From: Escherichia phage VEcB
Sequence record: NC_052663.1
Direction: 5' to 3' (one strand)
Length of the DNA: 64,000 nucleotides
Made by a program: the position numbers and the translations under genes. Position 1 is the stretch's first letter, and the number at the start of each line of letters is the position of its first letter. Under the pieces are notes generated by a model. That model searched no databases and was not told the origin of the DNA. It saw nothing but the letters and a program-made list of their open reading frames with translations. Below are positions 1 through 9,769 of this stretch, in pieces.

Positions 1-302
1 TCGCTCGTTTTACAGGAACAGAAAAAGAAACGATTAATACATACGTTGGATTAAATAAAACATTCGACGTATTCTTTTATAATTTGTGTCTACAATCCGA
101 TCAGGCAGTAGCACAGTTACTTAACGTTTTCCCGATCCTAAGTAGTTATCGCTTAGGTGCGAAAGCGGGTGCAGCCTTTGGTTTCACTTCCTATTATGCC
201 ACAACTCCACCTCATGGTATAGGTGGTTTAGGTTCTCTTTACACAGAGGCTGAAGGAGATGATACAGGGCGAATGACTATGCTGATAGCTCAAATAGAAT
301 AA
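1..302 (+). CDS. 3' end of an upstream gene entering the window (open frame from nt 3, no stop until 302); probably a structural/tail protein
   Basis: Frame of ORF 84..302 stays open back to the window edge; lies directly upstream of the tail fibre module. Confidence 0.35.
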   Translation, partial: ARFTGTEKETINTYVGLNKTFDVFFYNLCLQSDQAVAQLLNVFPILSSYRLGAKAGAAFGFTSYYATTPPHGIGGLGSLYTEAEGDDTGRMTMLIAQIE

Positions 303-315
303 GGAGTTACTCTTA

Positions 316-1299
316 ATGGCAAAGCCACAATACTACCCTGACTGGGCGACACAAACAGTAACCCTCCCAGGAACGGGAAACACAAACAAGATTAGACCAA
401 AAGAAACCATCCGTAATGTTGGTATGGACTTTGGTCAGATTATGACTTGTGAAGAAATGAACTGGATCTTAAACAATATTGGGTCTTGGATTCGCTATAT
501 GCAAGATGAATTCTTCCCAACATTGCCTACTACATATCTTCCTATAGTCGGTACTAAAATTACAATGGCAGGTGATGCTACAGGTGAAGTTACATGGAAT
601 GGTAATGCTGCTGTAACATTATCTATTCAAGTCGTAGATAACAGCCATAATCACTTATCAGCTAACATTACAGACGCAACATCAAACCAAGTTGTAGGGA
701 ACGTCCTTGTTAAGCGTGATAATGGTGGTGCTATCTATGCAGGTGATATTTACACTTGTGGTACAGGTGCTACAGATCCTGCAACATTATTCTTTAGAAA
801 CTACAACGGACAAACAGTAGGTAATATGTCCTCTGAACCAGGTGCAGGTGGTCAACTCTATATTTATAGAATGAATCCATCAACTGGGGGAACATCTTGT
901 GCAGTCCGTTTATATGATGCAGGTTATGTTTTAATAGACAATCCTCGTTCTAATTCTGGTCAAGATACTGGTAATGGTAATGCTCTTGTAAGATTAGACT
1001 ATCTTAACTCCAGACTAAACTCATTGCAAAGCACACTGCAAAATAATATTAACAACGTTAATAGTAACTTGCAAGGCCAAATTAATAGCATTAACAATAG
1101 AGTTTCTTCTGTTGTGTCTGCTATCCGTCTTGGAACACGTATCCAAGCTGGTGTGTCTGAGTCTCGTTTCTATGCTGGTCACGTGATCACAGGTTGGGGT
1201 TTTGGTGACAAGAAAGAACTTCGTGGTGCTTGGTATTGGTCAGCCCCGCTACAATATTATATTAATGGTAGCTGGATAACAGTAACCAACGTTTCGTAA
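316..1299 (+). CDS. Putative tail fibre / receptor-binding protein with central coiled coil
   Basis: AAGGAG RBS; heptad-like segment DYLNSRLNSLQSTLQNNINNVNSNLQGQINSINNRV; followed by a tail fibre assembly gene. Confidence 0.5.
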   Translation: MAKPQYYPDWATQTVTLPGTGNTNKIRPKETIRNVGMDFGQIMTCEEMNWILNNIGSWIRYMQDEFFPTLPTTYLPIVGTKITMAGDATGEVTWNGNAAVTLSIQVVDNSHNHLSANITDATSNQVVGNVLVKRDNGGAIYAGDIYTCGTGATDPATLFFRNYNGQTVGNMSSEPGAGGQLYIYRMNPSTGGTSCAVRLYDAGYVLIDNPRSNSGQDTGNGNALVRLDYLNSRLNSLQSTLQNNINNVNSNLQGQINSINNRVSSVVSAIRLGTRIQAGVSESRFYAGHVITGWGFGDKKELRGAWYWSAPLQYYINGSWITVTNVS

Positions 1300-1308
1300 G
1301 GAGAGTCT

Positions 1309-1860
1309 ATGAAAAAAGATGTTATTTTTACAGGTTTTGAATTGTATGAACCAGAATTAACAGAAGAAAATATTCTTTATCTTTCTGTTGGTGGTGGTTT
1401 TTTGCAAGACAAAGATGGTAACGACTGGTATCAGCTTCAAAAAACTTTGATGGTAGAATATCCCGACGCTTATTTTATTACCTTAGATGATAATAATATT
1501 GTACGTGGTGCTACTAAAGATGTTACTACCTATTTCCCTGCCGGACAATCTATTTTAGTTACATATAATGTACCAGATAAAATAGAAGATGAAAGTAACA
1601 TTGGCTCTTGGCAATATGTTGAAGGTAAGTTTGTTCCTCACAATAATCTTGCTATTGAAGATGCTACTCTTAAGTTAGAAAAGGAGCTAACTTGGGCTAC
1701 GAATCAAGTGTCTGCGATTCAAGATTTAGAGGAATTACAAGGTTTATCTGAAGAACAAAAAGATTGGTTAGGAAAAGTTAAACTCTATCGTGCAACATTA
1801 ATTCAAATTAACGTTGAAGATGCACCTAATATAACTTGGCCTACAAGACCTAAGAAATAG
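1309..1860 (+). CDS. Tail fibre assembly protein (Tfa-like chaperone)
   Basis: C-terminal region (KLYRATLIQINVEDAPNITWPTRP) resembles the conserved C-terminus of lambda-type Tfa proteins; sits between fibre genes. Confidence 0.5.
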   Translation: MKKDVIFTGFELYEPELTEENILYLSVGGGFLQDKDGNDWYQLQKTLMVEYPDAYFITLDDNNIVRGATKDVTTYFPAGQSILVTYNVPDKIEDESNIGSWQYVEGKFVPHNNLAIEDATLKLEKELTWATNQVSAIQDLEELQGLSEEQKDWLGKVKLYRATLIQINVEDAPNITWPTRPKK

Positions 1861-1869
1861 GGGCAATGT

Positions 1870-2211
1870 ATGGAGCTAACAGAAGTATGGGATATCGCTA
1901 AAGAGGCGATTATCCCTCTTATTGGCGTAATCTGGGTGGTCTTCAAACAGAAGATAGATGATATGGCAAGTGATTTGGATAAAATGGAAGACAAATACCG
2001 CGAACTAGAAAAGAAGTTGGTGTTTGTTGAATCCACTTATGCTACCAAAGCAGAACTTGCTCAAATGCTTAACCAGATCAACTCTACATTAATGGCAAAT
2101 AATACTGCCTTAGAACAGAAGATTGAAAAAATAATGGATTTAAAAAATGCTCCTGTTCAATTAATGCTAGAGGAGATTACAAAGCGCACACAAAGTAAGG
2201 ACAAAAATTAA
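1870..2211 (+). CDS. Small protein with N-terminal hydrophobic helix and coiled coil, function unknown
   Basis: ORF track; N-terminal IIPLIGVIWVVF segment then charged coiled-coil-like sequence. Confidence 0.3.
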   Translation: MELTEVWDIAKEAIIPLIGVIWVVFKQKIDDMASDLDKMEDKYRELEKKLVFVESTYATKAELAQMLNQINSTLMANNTALEQKIEKIMDLKNAPVQLMLEEITKRTQSKDKN

Positions 2212-4625
2212 TGGCGAATTTTCCAACATATCCTGCTACGACACTAGAACAAGGTGTTGATCTGGTTATATTCTCGTCTAACCAGATGCATGATGTTATT
2301 AATGGAGATGCTACAGCAACTGTAGAAACCGAAACAGGTTTAATACCTACACTGCGTAAAGCACTTGTTGATAACTTCTTCTTTAAGAGTCCTGTTGCTT
2401 GGTCAGCAGGATCAACTGAAACTGTATTTAACCAGTTACGTTATTTTGAAAACGGTATCTTGAGTGGGTACTATTATGCCCCATCTGCCACTACTGCGAA
2501 CCCTGTACCTATGCAGGGCACACCTGTAGGAGACAGTAACTGGACTCTGTACGCTCTTAAAACTGAACAGTTAGCTTCAGATGTGTATCCTTGGTATTTT
2601 AAAGGTGCTACAGGATATGAAACAGAAATCAGTCCTCCTTATATCTTTGATAATGCTATTGTCACCATTAACGGTGTAATTCAGATTCAAGGTGAAGCAT
2701 TTACTATCAGAGATAGTAAAATTATTCTGGCAGAACCATTAGGTTTAGATCCGTCTACTGGTCTACCTAACAAATTGTTTGCTTTTATTGGTAAAACAAC
2801 AGCCTCTACTTCTTACGTAGAGAAAAACCTTTTGTCATCTACCACTGGTGCAGCAATGGTTGGTCTTCCATCTGGAGGCAACCTGTTACAAGCTCAATAC
2901 TTTGTAACGCCTGAGCAGTTTGGTGCAATTGGTGATGGAGTTACCGATGATACTCAAGCAATTTTAAAAACTATTACTTTCGCTAACACGAATAACATTC
3001 AAGTACGTGCAGATAAGAATTATAGATTCACAAGCTCAATTGCTATGTCTGGTATTCGTTGGTATGGTGGTACATTCACTGGTAACGGTGGAACAATGAT
3101 TTCTACTGTGTCCTGTTGGATGGAAAACGTTCGCTTTGAAAAATGTTATGTTAAGATGTTAGGTGGTGATTGCCGATTCTATCGTAATATCTTCTCCAAC
3201 GCAACATCTACAGCAGCATTCTTAATGCAAGCAATGACAAGTGAAGGTACGTTGGACTTCAGTTACAACGAAATGTATGGTTGTAAATATGCGATCCTGC
3301 AACAAGGTACTGGAGAAGTAATGACCTATGGGCGTTACTCTAACAACTATATTCACGATATCAAAGGTGATGCTATTGAACTTAACGTAGTTCAAAAACA
3401 CTACACTGAAGGTTTGATTATCGAGAATAACCACATTGCTAACGTAGATGCTTCTGGACAAGGGGCAAACTGGGGTATTGGTATTGGTGTAGCAGGTAGT
3501 GGCCCATATGGTGTTGATGTTCCTGATTCACAATATGTACGTAATTTCAGTATCGTTGGGAATAGGGTTTACAATTGCCGTCAATGTTTACACGTTGAAA
3601 TGGGTAAAAACTTCACAATACGTGATAATGAAGTTTATCCTAACACAGCAGTTTCAACAGGTACAGGTTTAACTACTTGTGGTGTTGCATTATACGGATG
3701 CCAAGATTTTGAAGTTGATGGTTTAACTGGTTATCTGCTCAATGATCCTTCTGTTTCAACACGTATGGTCTTTATTGACTGGGGTGTTAACAGTGGAAGA
3801 TATGCGGGGCCACCAATTAACTTTACAATTAAGAATTTGGATATTCCAGAATCTTCAATTGAGATTGCAACATCTGGATCAGATGCCTGGGAAAACTCTA
3901 CAATTGTTAGTAATATCAATTGTAATGTTTTTAAATGGCGTGGGCTACCATCTAGCTCTACCTTTAATAATATTCGTTGCCGTAGTATTGACTTTATTGG
4001 TCAACACGGAAGCGGAGAAGGAAGTGGTGGCGGTTTCTATACTCGCAGCCAATTCACGTATATGAAGTGGGTAGGATGTACAGCACTTAGCGGAGATGAA
4101 ACAACAGTTTCTTTTGCTAAAATCTACACTGATCGTTGCGATCAGGTTGGAAATAACTTTGGTGTTCCAACTGCTGTTGATGGTACAGGTCATCGTGGGC
4201 CAGTTTTAACTACTATTTCTGAACAATATTTTACAACTTATGATGAATTCCCAGGTGGGCGTGAATTCCCTACTGGAACAGTTATTCATTGTGCAAGCGG
4301 TAAAAAACATGTTGTTACAGTAGGTGGTGCTTTCTTTAGTGCCAACGAGAAAATAAAAGCAACTGTTACAGGTCAAACCTATCTACAGTCTAATGCTTTA
4401 AACTGGGCTAGTAATGGCTACGCTAAAGCAGCAGGTACTAAAATTGTTATTCCAGGTGCAGGTGCAAATGGCGGCGATCTTGTGACAACTATAGCACGTG
4501 CTACATATGTGACAAATAGTTTGTACACAATAGATATTGCAGATCCAATTGTAACACCTACAGCAGAGAATACACAAATCAAAGCTCTGAACCCTGTTAC
4601 TTTTGTTACTGTCAATAATGCTTAA
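2211..4625 (+). CDS. Tailspike / depolymerase with right-handed beta-helix (pectate-lyase-like) domain
   Basis: 804 aa; motif QFGAIGDGVTDDTQAILK typical of the N-terminus of pectate-lyase-fold beta-helices; repetitive G/N/T-rich beta-strand-like sequence; hairpin terminator downstream. Confidence 0.65.
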   Translation: MANFPTYPATTLEQGVDLVIFSSNQMHDVINGDATATVETETGLIPTLRKALVDNFFFKSPVAWSAGSTETVFNQLRYFENGILSGYYYAPSATTANPVPMQGTPVGDSNWTLYALKTEQLASDVYPWYFKGATGYETEISPPYIFDNAIVTINGVIQIQGEAFTIRDSKIILAEPLGLDPSTGLPNKLFAFIGKTTASTSYVEKNLLSSTTGAAMVGLPSGGNLLQAQYFVTPEQFGAIGDGVTDDTQAILKTITFANTNNIQVRADKNYRFTSSIAMSGIRWYGGTFTGNGGTMISTVSCWMENVRFEKCYVKMLGGDCRFYRNIFSNATSTAAFLMQAMTSEGTLDFSYNEMYGCKYAILQQGTGEVMTYGRYSNNYIHDIKGDAIELNVVQKHYTEGLIIENNHIANVDASGQGANWGIGIGVAGSGPYGVDVPDSQYVRNFSIVGNRVYNCRQCLHVEMGKNFTIRDNEVYPNTAVSTGTGLTTCGVALYGCQDFEVDGLTGYLLNDPSVSTRMVFIDWGVNSGRYAGPPINFTIKNLDIPESSIEIATSGSDAWENSTIVSNINCNVFKWRGLPSSSTFNNIRCRSIDFIGQHGSGEGSGGGFYTRSQFTYMKWVGCTALSGDETTVSFAKIYTDRCDQVGNNFGVPTAVDGTGHRGPVLTTISEQYFTTYDEFPGGREFPTGTVIHCASGKKHVVTVGGAFFSANEKIKATVTGQTYLQSNALNWASNGYAKAAGTKIVIPGAGANGGDLVTTIARATYVTNSLYTIDIADPIVTPTAENTQIKALNPVTFVTVNNA

Positions 4626-4629
4626 TTAA

Positions 4630-4652
4630 AAAGGGGCGAAAGCCCCTTTATA
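4630..4652 (+). terminator. Rho-independent terminator after the tailspike gene
   Basis: GGGGC-GAAA-GCCCC hairpin then TTTA-rich tail. Confidence 0.5.
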
Positions 4653-4666
4653 AAAGGAGTAGTAAA

Positions 4667-6628
4667 GTGATTTTAACACGTCCAAATAGTGCCATTGCAG
4701 ACATGGTAGAGTCTCGCTATAGAAAGCGTAGAAGTTTTGCAAGTGGTTTTACCTTAAGAGATGCTCGTGAAGCATTGCTCTTTGAAACTGACGGTAACTA
4801 CTATCAGTGGAAAGGTTCTCTACCTAAAGTTGTACCTGCTAACTCTACTCCTACATCTACTGGAGGGATTTCAGATACAGCTTGGAAAAATGTGGGTAAT
4901 GCAGATGACATTGCTCAAATAGAATCAGAATTAGATGCTATTGAAGCTGAAATTGAAGATCTTAGAGAATCCATTCCAGAAGCTGGTAAATCAGCTTACC
5001 AGATTGCCGTAGACAATGGTTTCCAAGGTGCTGAGACAGACTGGTTGGCTTCTTTAAAAGGTGATCCAGGTGCTCCATTAAAGCTGCTAGGGACGCTATC
5101 TAATACCAACCAATTACCTACAACCGGAAACAATGCAGGAGATGCATGGATTGTAGGAGAAAATATGTATGCTTGGGATGGTACTGCTTGGAGAAAAGTA
5201 AACTCACAGGGGCCAGAAGGTAAATCAGCTTATCAAGTTTGGCTTGCAGCAGGAAACCAAGGTACAGAACTAGATTATCTTGCTTCAATTAAAGGTGATA
5301 AAGGGGAACCTGGCCCAGAGGGGCCACAAGGTGTACCAGGTAACAATGCTAATGGTTTTGATTACCAAGGTGCAGCTAATTCCGTTTCAGATCTTCCTTC
5401 TGCATCTCCTGGAAACACATCTCAAGCATGGAGTATTGGTACATATCTATACGTGTCAAACGGTGTAGAATGGATCAATATGGGCGCTATAGTGGGGCCA
5501 AAAGGAGATAAAGGCGACAAAGGAGATAAGGGTAACACTGGTGATTCAGCTTATCAAGTCTGGTTAAACGCTGGTAACGTTGGTACTATTGACGAATATA
5601 TTGCCTCTCTGAAAGGAGAAAAAGGTGATAAGGGAGACAAGGGTGATCAAGGTGAGCAGGGTATACAAGGCTTGACGGGGCCAACTGGTGCAGGGTTGAC
5701 CATTATTGATATTCTGACTGACACTTCTGAACTACCACAAACTGGAGAAGATGGTGATGGTTATCTGATCAATAATGAACTTTGGGTTTGGTTGCAAGGA
5801 GCCACACAGTGGACAAATGTTGGTCGTTTAGCTGGTACTCCAATCACTGCAAAAGGACACGTTGCGTCTGCAAGTGCACTTCCTCCTACATCCAATTACG
5901 GTGATGCTTATCTAACGGAAGACACAGGTCATCTTTACATTTACACCTATGATGAACAAACTCAAACTGCTGAATATGTAGATATGGGTAGTTTGAAAGG
6001 TGATAAGGGTGAGAAAGGTGACGCTGGTACTAACGGTACGGATGGTGCAACTTGGATTGTTAAAACAACAGATCCAATCTCTAGTGATGGTAAACAAGGT
6101 GATTATGCCTTTAATATCTCCACTGGCGAGGTGTTCTTAAAAACATCTGCAACTGTCTGGACTTCTCAAGGTACACTACCTAGCATCACAGATGCACCTA
6201 GTGACGGTAAGATCTATGCTCGTAAAGATGGAGCATGGGAAGAACTAACTAGTTCTGTAGATGGTCAAGATATAGTTCCAACAAAAGTAACAGCTAATTT
6301 TATAGAGGTTACAGCATACACCAACAACTCTGTTATAGGTGACTGGACACCTCCAGGAACACATAACATGAATGTGTTGAATCTTACTGGTAACGCTACT
6401 ATAAAAGCATGGCCTGGTGTCGAAGATAGCACAAAACCTAAACCATTCTCTGCAATAGTTTATCTTATCCAAGATGCCACTGGAGGTCGTACTGTTACTT
6501 TAGATCCATCTTACAAAGTAATTGGTTCTAGTGATATTAATACAGATCCTAACGGAGTAACAATACTACAACTAACATATTGTGGTGTTGGCAATTACGT
6601 GGATGCTATTGTTGCTAAACGCACATAA
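4667..6628 (+). CDS. Tail fibre protein with collagen-like Gly-X-Y tracts and three copies of a ~35-aa repeat
   Basis: GTG start with AAAGGAG RBS; GDKGDKGDKGNTGDS, GEKGDKGDKGDQGEQGIQGLTGPTG; repeat SAYQ(I/V)..G..GTE.DYLAS(L/I)KG(D/E) present three times. Confidence 0.6.
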   Translation: MILTRPNSAIADMVESRYRKRRSFASGFTLRDAREALLFETDGNYYQWKGSLPKVVPANSTPTSTGGISDTAWKNVGNADDIAQIESELDAIEAEIEDLRESIPEAGKSAYQIAVDNGFQGAETDWLASLKGDPGAPLKLLGTLSNTNQLPTTGNNAGDAWIVGENMYAWDGTAWRKVNSQGPEGKSAYQVWLAAGNQGTELDYLASIKGDKGEPGPEGPQGVPGNNANGFDYQGAANSVSDLPSASPGNTSQAWSIGTYLYVSNGVEWINMGAIVGPKGDKGDKGDKGNTGDSAYQVWLNAGNVGTIDEYIASLKGEKGDKGDKGDQGEQGIQGLTGPTGAGLTIIDILTDTSELPQTGEDGDGYLINNELWVWLQGATQWTNVGRLAGTPITAKGHVASASALPPTSNYGDAYLTEDTGHLYIYTYDEQTQTAEYVDMGSLKGDKGEKGDAGTNGTDGATWIVKTTDPISSDGKQGDYAFNISTGEVFLKTSATVWTSQGTLPSITDAPSDGKIYARKDGAWEELTSSVDGQDIVPTKVTANFIEVTAYTNNSVIGDWTPPGTHNMNVLNLTGNATIKAWPGVEDSTKPKPFSAIVYLIQDATGGRTVTLDPSYKVIGSSDINTDPNGVTILQLTYCGVGNYVDAIVAKRT

Positions 6629-6631
6629 TCA

Positions 6632-6657
6632 AAGCCCCTTCGGGGGCTTATTATTTA
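6632..6657 (+). terminator. Rho-independent terminator after the collagen-like fibre gene
   Basis: GCCCC-TTCG-GGGGC hairpin followed by TTATTATTT. Confidence 0.55.
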
Positions 6658-6667
6658 AGGAGATTAA

Positions 6668-8554
6668 ATGTATCCTATTCCTTTATTTATGTCAACAACA
6701 TCAGCTTCAGTAGTAACAGCTACATCTATAACCACTTCCTCTATTGGTATTGCAATAGTTGGTAGTAAAAAGCAACTGACATACACAGTTTCACCGGAAG
6801 ATGGTGCGTTATTTGATATAGCTTTTTCATCTTCAGATAATACCAAAATGGTTATAGATAATAGTGGTATGATGGAGTTTGTTGCCGAAGGTGGTTTTGA
6901 TGCAATAATGACAGCTAAAAATAATTTAGGTGCTGTCTTAACTGATCAATCTGGTGGTTATGCTTCAGAATTAAGCGTGTACACTGAAAGTCTATCCGCT
7001 ATGGATGTAGGCACTACTCAACAGTTGGTTGCTACAATCAGTCCAGAAGGTGCTAAAGACCTTCCAGATATGGTAATTACATACACCACAACAGATCCAG
7101 AAGTAGCTACTGTAAGCCCTACAGGATTAATAACTGCTCTTAAAGATGGCAATTGCCGTATAGGTTGTACTGCAACGTATCAAGGAACAGTTGTGGCCTC
7201 TGATAGTTCTTATTTAGGTGTTAATGCTATTCCTGTTATTTCTAATGTAACAGCCGTGGCAAACAGTTATGGAGACGTTCGTGTTGCTTGGGATGTAACT
7301 GATCCACTAGACGGTGATACTTATACTGTAGAAGTATTAGATTTAAGTGATAATAGTGTTCAGTGGACTACAACAACCACGAATACTTACGCTTACTTTG
7401 ATATCTCTGACTCTATTCCTCTTTATGGGTTTGCTCCAACATACCTTAAAATTAGCGTTAAGAGCACCAAAGCAGCAGCCGTTATCTTTAATAACTCAAT
7501 AGCTACAGATGATTCGTTCATTAAAGAAGTTATTGTCTTTGCTGGACAAGATAACGTAAATGCACACTTTACAGAATTATCTGGTGCAAATAAAGCAGTA
7601 ATGAGTAGCACAACAACCCGTAATGCATATGCTACGCAACGTGGTTTAGCAAATGCTGAAGTTCTTCCGTTAAATACAGCTTCTGGATCATCAGCAGCAG
7701 ATAAATATGCTGACGATAAAGCTGGAACAGGTACACCAGACAACTACTGGTATGATCTGGATAACACAGCAGATGGGCCATGCTTAACTAACTTTATCAC
7801 TAAAGTCACACCTTATGCAAGTAAGGTTAAAGCAATTATTTGGGGACAAGGTGAAAATGATGCTGTATCAGCATCTTCGACTGTTGCAGGTAGGTACAGT
7901 AACACTACACGTTACCATGATGCTACGATAGCTATCTTTGATAAGATGCGTACAATAGTTCCTGCTTCTCAAGCAAAAATTGTTTGGCAGATCCTAGGAC
8001 GTTCTTATTTATATGGTGTAGAAGTTAATGGTGTGGATTGGCAGAAGTACAGAAATGTACAAAGAACCATCTCTACAGCACGTGATGATGTTATCATTGG
8101 TTCTTGGGTAGATGGTGCTGAACGTTACAGTGGTTATGTTTATGAAGAAGGTATTGATGGTCGTATCCATTATATTTCTTCTGTATATCAAACAGCAGCT
8201 ACAAAACTTGCTAAATCAGCAGCAGACGGTACAGATTTAACATCAACACCACCTGTTTGGGTTGATATGTCTGTTCCAACAGGAGGAGCCGCTGTAAGAC
8301 AAGCTAACCAAGATGCAATTATTTCTTGGGAACCAGCAGGATATACCAAACATTACTTCCGAAATGTAAACGTCCTCACAGCAGCAATTCTTACAGAACA
8401 AACTCTTGATACTAACACTTACACATTTACTTATGCAGATCAGGTTGAACAATACGGGTTTGCAGCAGGTACAGCAGTGTTTGATGTTGCACACTATGAT
8501 GCTGATAATGACGTGTTATCACCTCTTGTCAGATTTACAGTCAATGTTACATAA
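6668..8554 (+). CDS. Tail fibre/spike protein with Ig-like (Big_2-type) region and C-terminal SASA/SGNH-like carbohydrate esterase-like domain
   Basis: Big_2-like segment (PEVATVSPTGLITALKDGNCRIGCTA); C-terminal IIWGQGENDA resembles the W-x-QGE-(S/N)-D motif of sialate O-acetylesterase-like domains; upstream FAGQDNVN where GQSN would be expected. Confidence 0.45.
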   Translation: MYPIPLFMSTTSASVVTATSITTSSIGIAIVGSKKQLTYTVSPEDGALFDIAFSSSDNTKMVIDNSGMMEFVAEGGFDAIMTAKNNLGAVLTDQSGGYASELSVYTESLSAMDVGTTQQLVATISPEGAKDLPDMVITYTTTDPEVATVSPTGLITALKDGNCRIGCTATYQGTVVASDSSYLGVNAIPVISNVTAVANSYGDVRVAWDVTDPLDGDTYTVEVLDLSDNSVQWTTTTTNTYAYFDISDSIPLYGFAPTYLKISVKSTKAAAVIFNNSIATDDSFIKEVIVFAGQDNVNAHFTELSGANKAVMSSTTTRNAYATQRGLANAEVLPLNTASGSSAADKYADDKAGTGTPDNYWYDLDNTADGPCLTNFITKVTPYASKVKAIIWGQGENDAVSASSTVAGRYSNTTRYHDATIAIFDKMRTIVPASQAKIVWQILGRSYLYGVEVNGVDWQKYRNVQRTISTARDDVIIGSWVDGAERYSGYVYEEGIDGRIHYISSVYQTAATKLAKSAADGTDLTSTPPVWVDMSVPTGGAAVRQANQDAIISWEPAGYTKHYFRNVNVLTAAILTEQTLDTNTYTFTYADQVEQYGFAAGTAVFDVAHYDADNDVLSPLVRFTVNVT

Positions 8555-8559
8555 ACAAA

Positions 8560-8588
8560 AAGGAGCCAATAGGCTCCTTTTCTTTTAT
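8560..8588. terminator. Bidirectional terminator at the convergence of the + strand tail block and the - strand block
   Basis: GGAGCC-AATA-GGCTCC hairpin with T-tracts on both sides. Confidence 0.6.
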
Positions 8589-8589
8589 C

Positions 8590-9021
8590 TTAATCAGTGA
8601 AAATTACGCTCACATCTTCTTTAGAGAAGAGTTTATGATCTTCACCTTTTGTCTCAAGAGTTTCATACAGGTTAAGAAGTTCTGAAACATCTTTCTCTAC
8701 TAGTTTCTTCAATGTTGCAATTTTCTGTTTGCGATTTTTAATACGTTCAGCTACAACCTTACGTTGGTATCCGGCAGTACGATAACCTGAGAAAGTTACA
8801 CCAGTGAGACTTGCAGTTACAGGATCGTAATGACGTTCAATCTGAAATTTATTAAAAGGTACAGCGTCATCACGAATAATCTTACCGCCATTACTTACTT
8901 GACGAAGACCAGTAACTTGTTCTAGTCGTGCCATAGAAATCTTTGGAGACAGACCAGAGTCCAGGTTCATACCGTTGTTAATCAGTGCTTTCAGGGTGAT
9001 TTTGCTGTTCAGTGTACTCAT
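8590..9021 (-). CDS. Hypothetical protein
   Basis: ORF track; GGAGGAA RBS 7 nt upstream of ATG; start overlaps the end of the methyltransferase gene. Confidence 0.35.
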   Translation of the reverse strand: MSTLNSKITLKALINNGMNLDSGLSPKISMARLEQVTGLRQVSNGGKIIRDDAVPFNKFQIERHYDPVTASLTGVTFSGYRTAGYQRKVVAERIKNRKQKIATLKKLVEKDVSELLNLYETLETKGEDHKLFSKEDVSVIFTD

Positions 9022-9709
9022 TTAGTCGTTCCTCCGCTTGCTTAAAAATATTTACATCGGCTTCACAGCCTAAGTATTCTCTACCTGTTAAAAGTGCCGC
9101 AACTTGTGTTGTTGCACTCCCAGAGAAGAAGTCTAAGACTACATCTCCTTCGTTGGTGTGTATATTAATAAGGTCACAAAACAAAGTCAAGTGTTTTTGT
9201 GTTGGATGAAAACGATCTGCTCCTTGATAGATAGGATACTCAAACACACCCTTATGGTAGGAAGCATTGAAGGTTGGCTTCGAACCTTTAACACAAACAA
9301 TAGCCATCTCTTTAGCGTTACTAAGATAGTTAACACCACTGTTGATGGGTACAGGGTTTGTTTTAATCCATTCGATAGTACGGAACATACGAAAACCAAG
9401 CGGTTCAAGGATTTCACGTAGCTCCTGGATCTTCCAGATATCATACCAAACTATGCAAGTACCACCTTTTCTAAGCACCCTGTAGGCTTCTTTGAATACT
9501 TCTTTAAAGTAAGGAATATCTACAACATCCCAATCACCAAAGTTGTAAGATACACGGAATCTATCCGTATCTTTTCCAGTAGGCTCTCCAGATTGAAAAT
9601 TTGTGTCACGAGAAATAGCATATGGTGGGTCAGTAAGAATCAAATCTACACTATTGCTTTCGAGGGTTTGCAGGTAGTTTAATGCGGTGTTGTTTACAAA
9701 TTCGCTCAT
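8978..9709 (-). CDS. DNA methyltransferase, beta-class (N6-adenine or N4-cytosine)
   Basis: N-terminal DPPY motif (LILTDPPYAISRD) and C-terminal AdoMet motif (VLDFFSGSATT): the circularly permuted order typical of beta-class amino-MTases. Confidence 0.7.
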   Translation of the reverse strand: MSEFVNNTALNYLQTLESNSVDLILTDPPYAISRDTNFQSGEPTGKDTDRFRVSYNFGDWDVVDIPYFKEVFKEAYRVLRKGGTCIVWYDIWKIQELREILEPLGFRMFRTIEWIKTNPVPINSGVNYLSNAKEMAIVCVKGSKPTFNASYHKGVFEYPIYQGADRFHPTQKHLTLFCDLINIHTNEGDVVLDFFSGSATTQVAALLTGREYLGCEADVNIFKQAEERLNEYTEQQNHPESTD

Positions 9710-9717
9710 TATATCTC

Positions 9718-9746
9718 CTTCAAAGAAAAGGAGCCGTTAGGCTCCT
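9718..9746 (-). terminator. Terminator downstream of the SSB-like gene
   Basis: GGAGCC-GTTA-GGCTCC hairpin followed on the minus strand by TTTTCTTT. Confidence 0.5.
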
Positions 9747-9769
9747 TATATTCACACAATATTTAACTA

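Noticed and set aside
3222-4615. Several 60-110-aa ORFs (3222..3461, 3731..3919, 3742..4065, 3945..4193, 4418..4615) inside the tailspike gene
   Set aside because: Fully embedded in, or antisense to, the 804-aa tailspike ORF; hydrophobic low-complexity translations typical of spurious frames.
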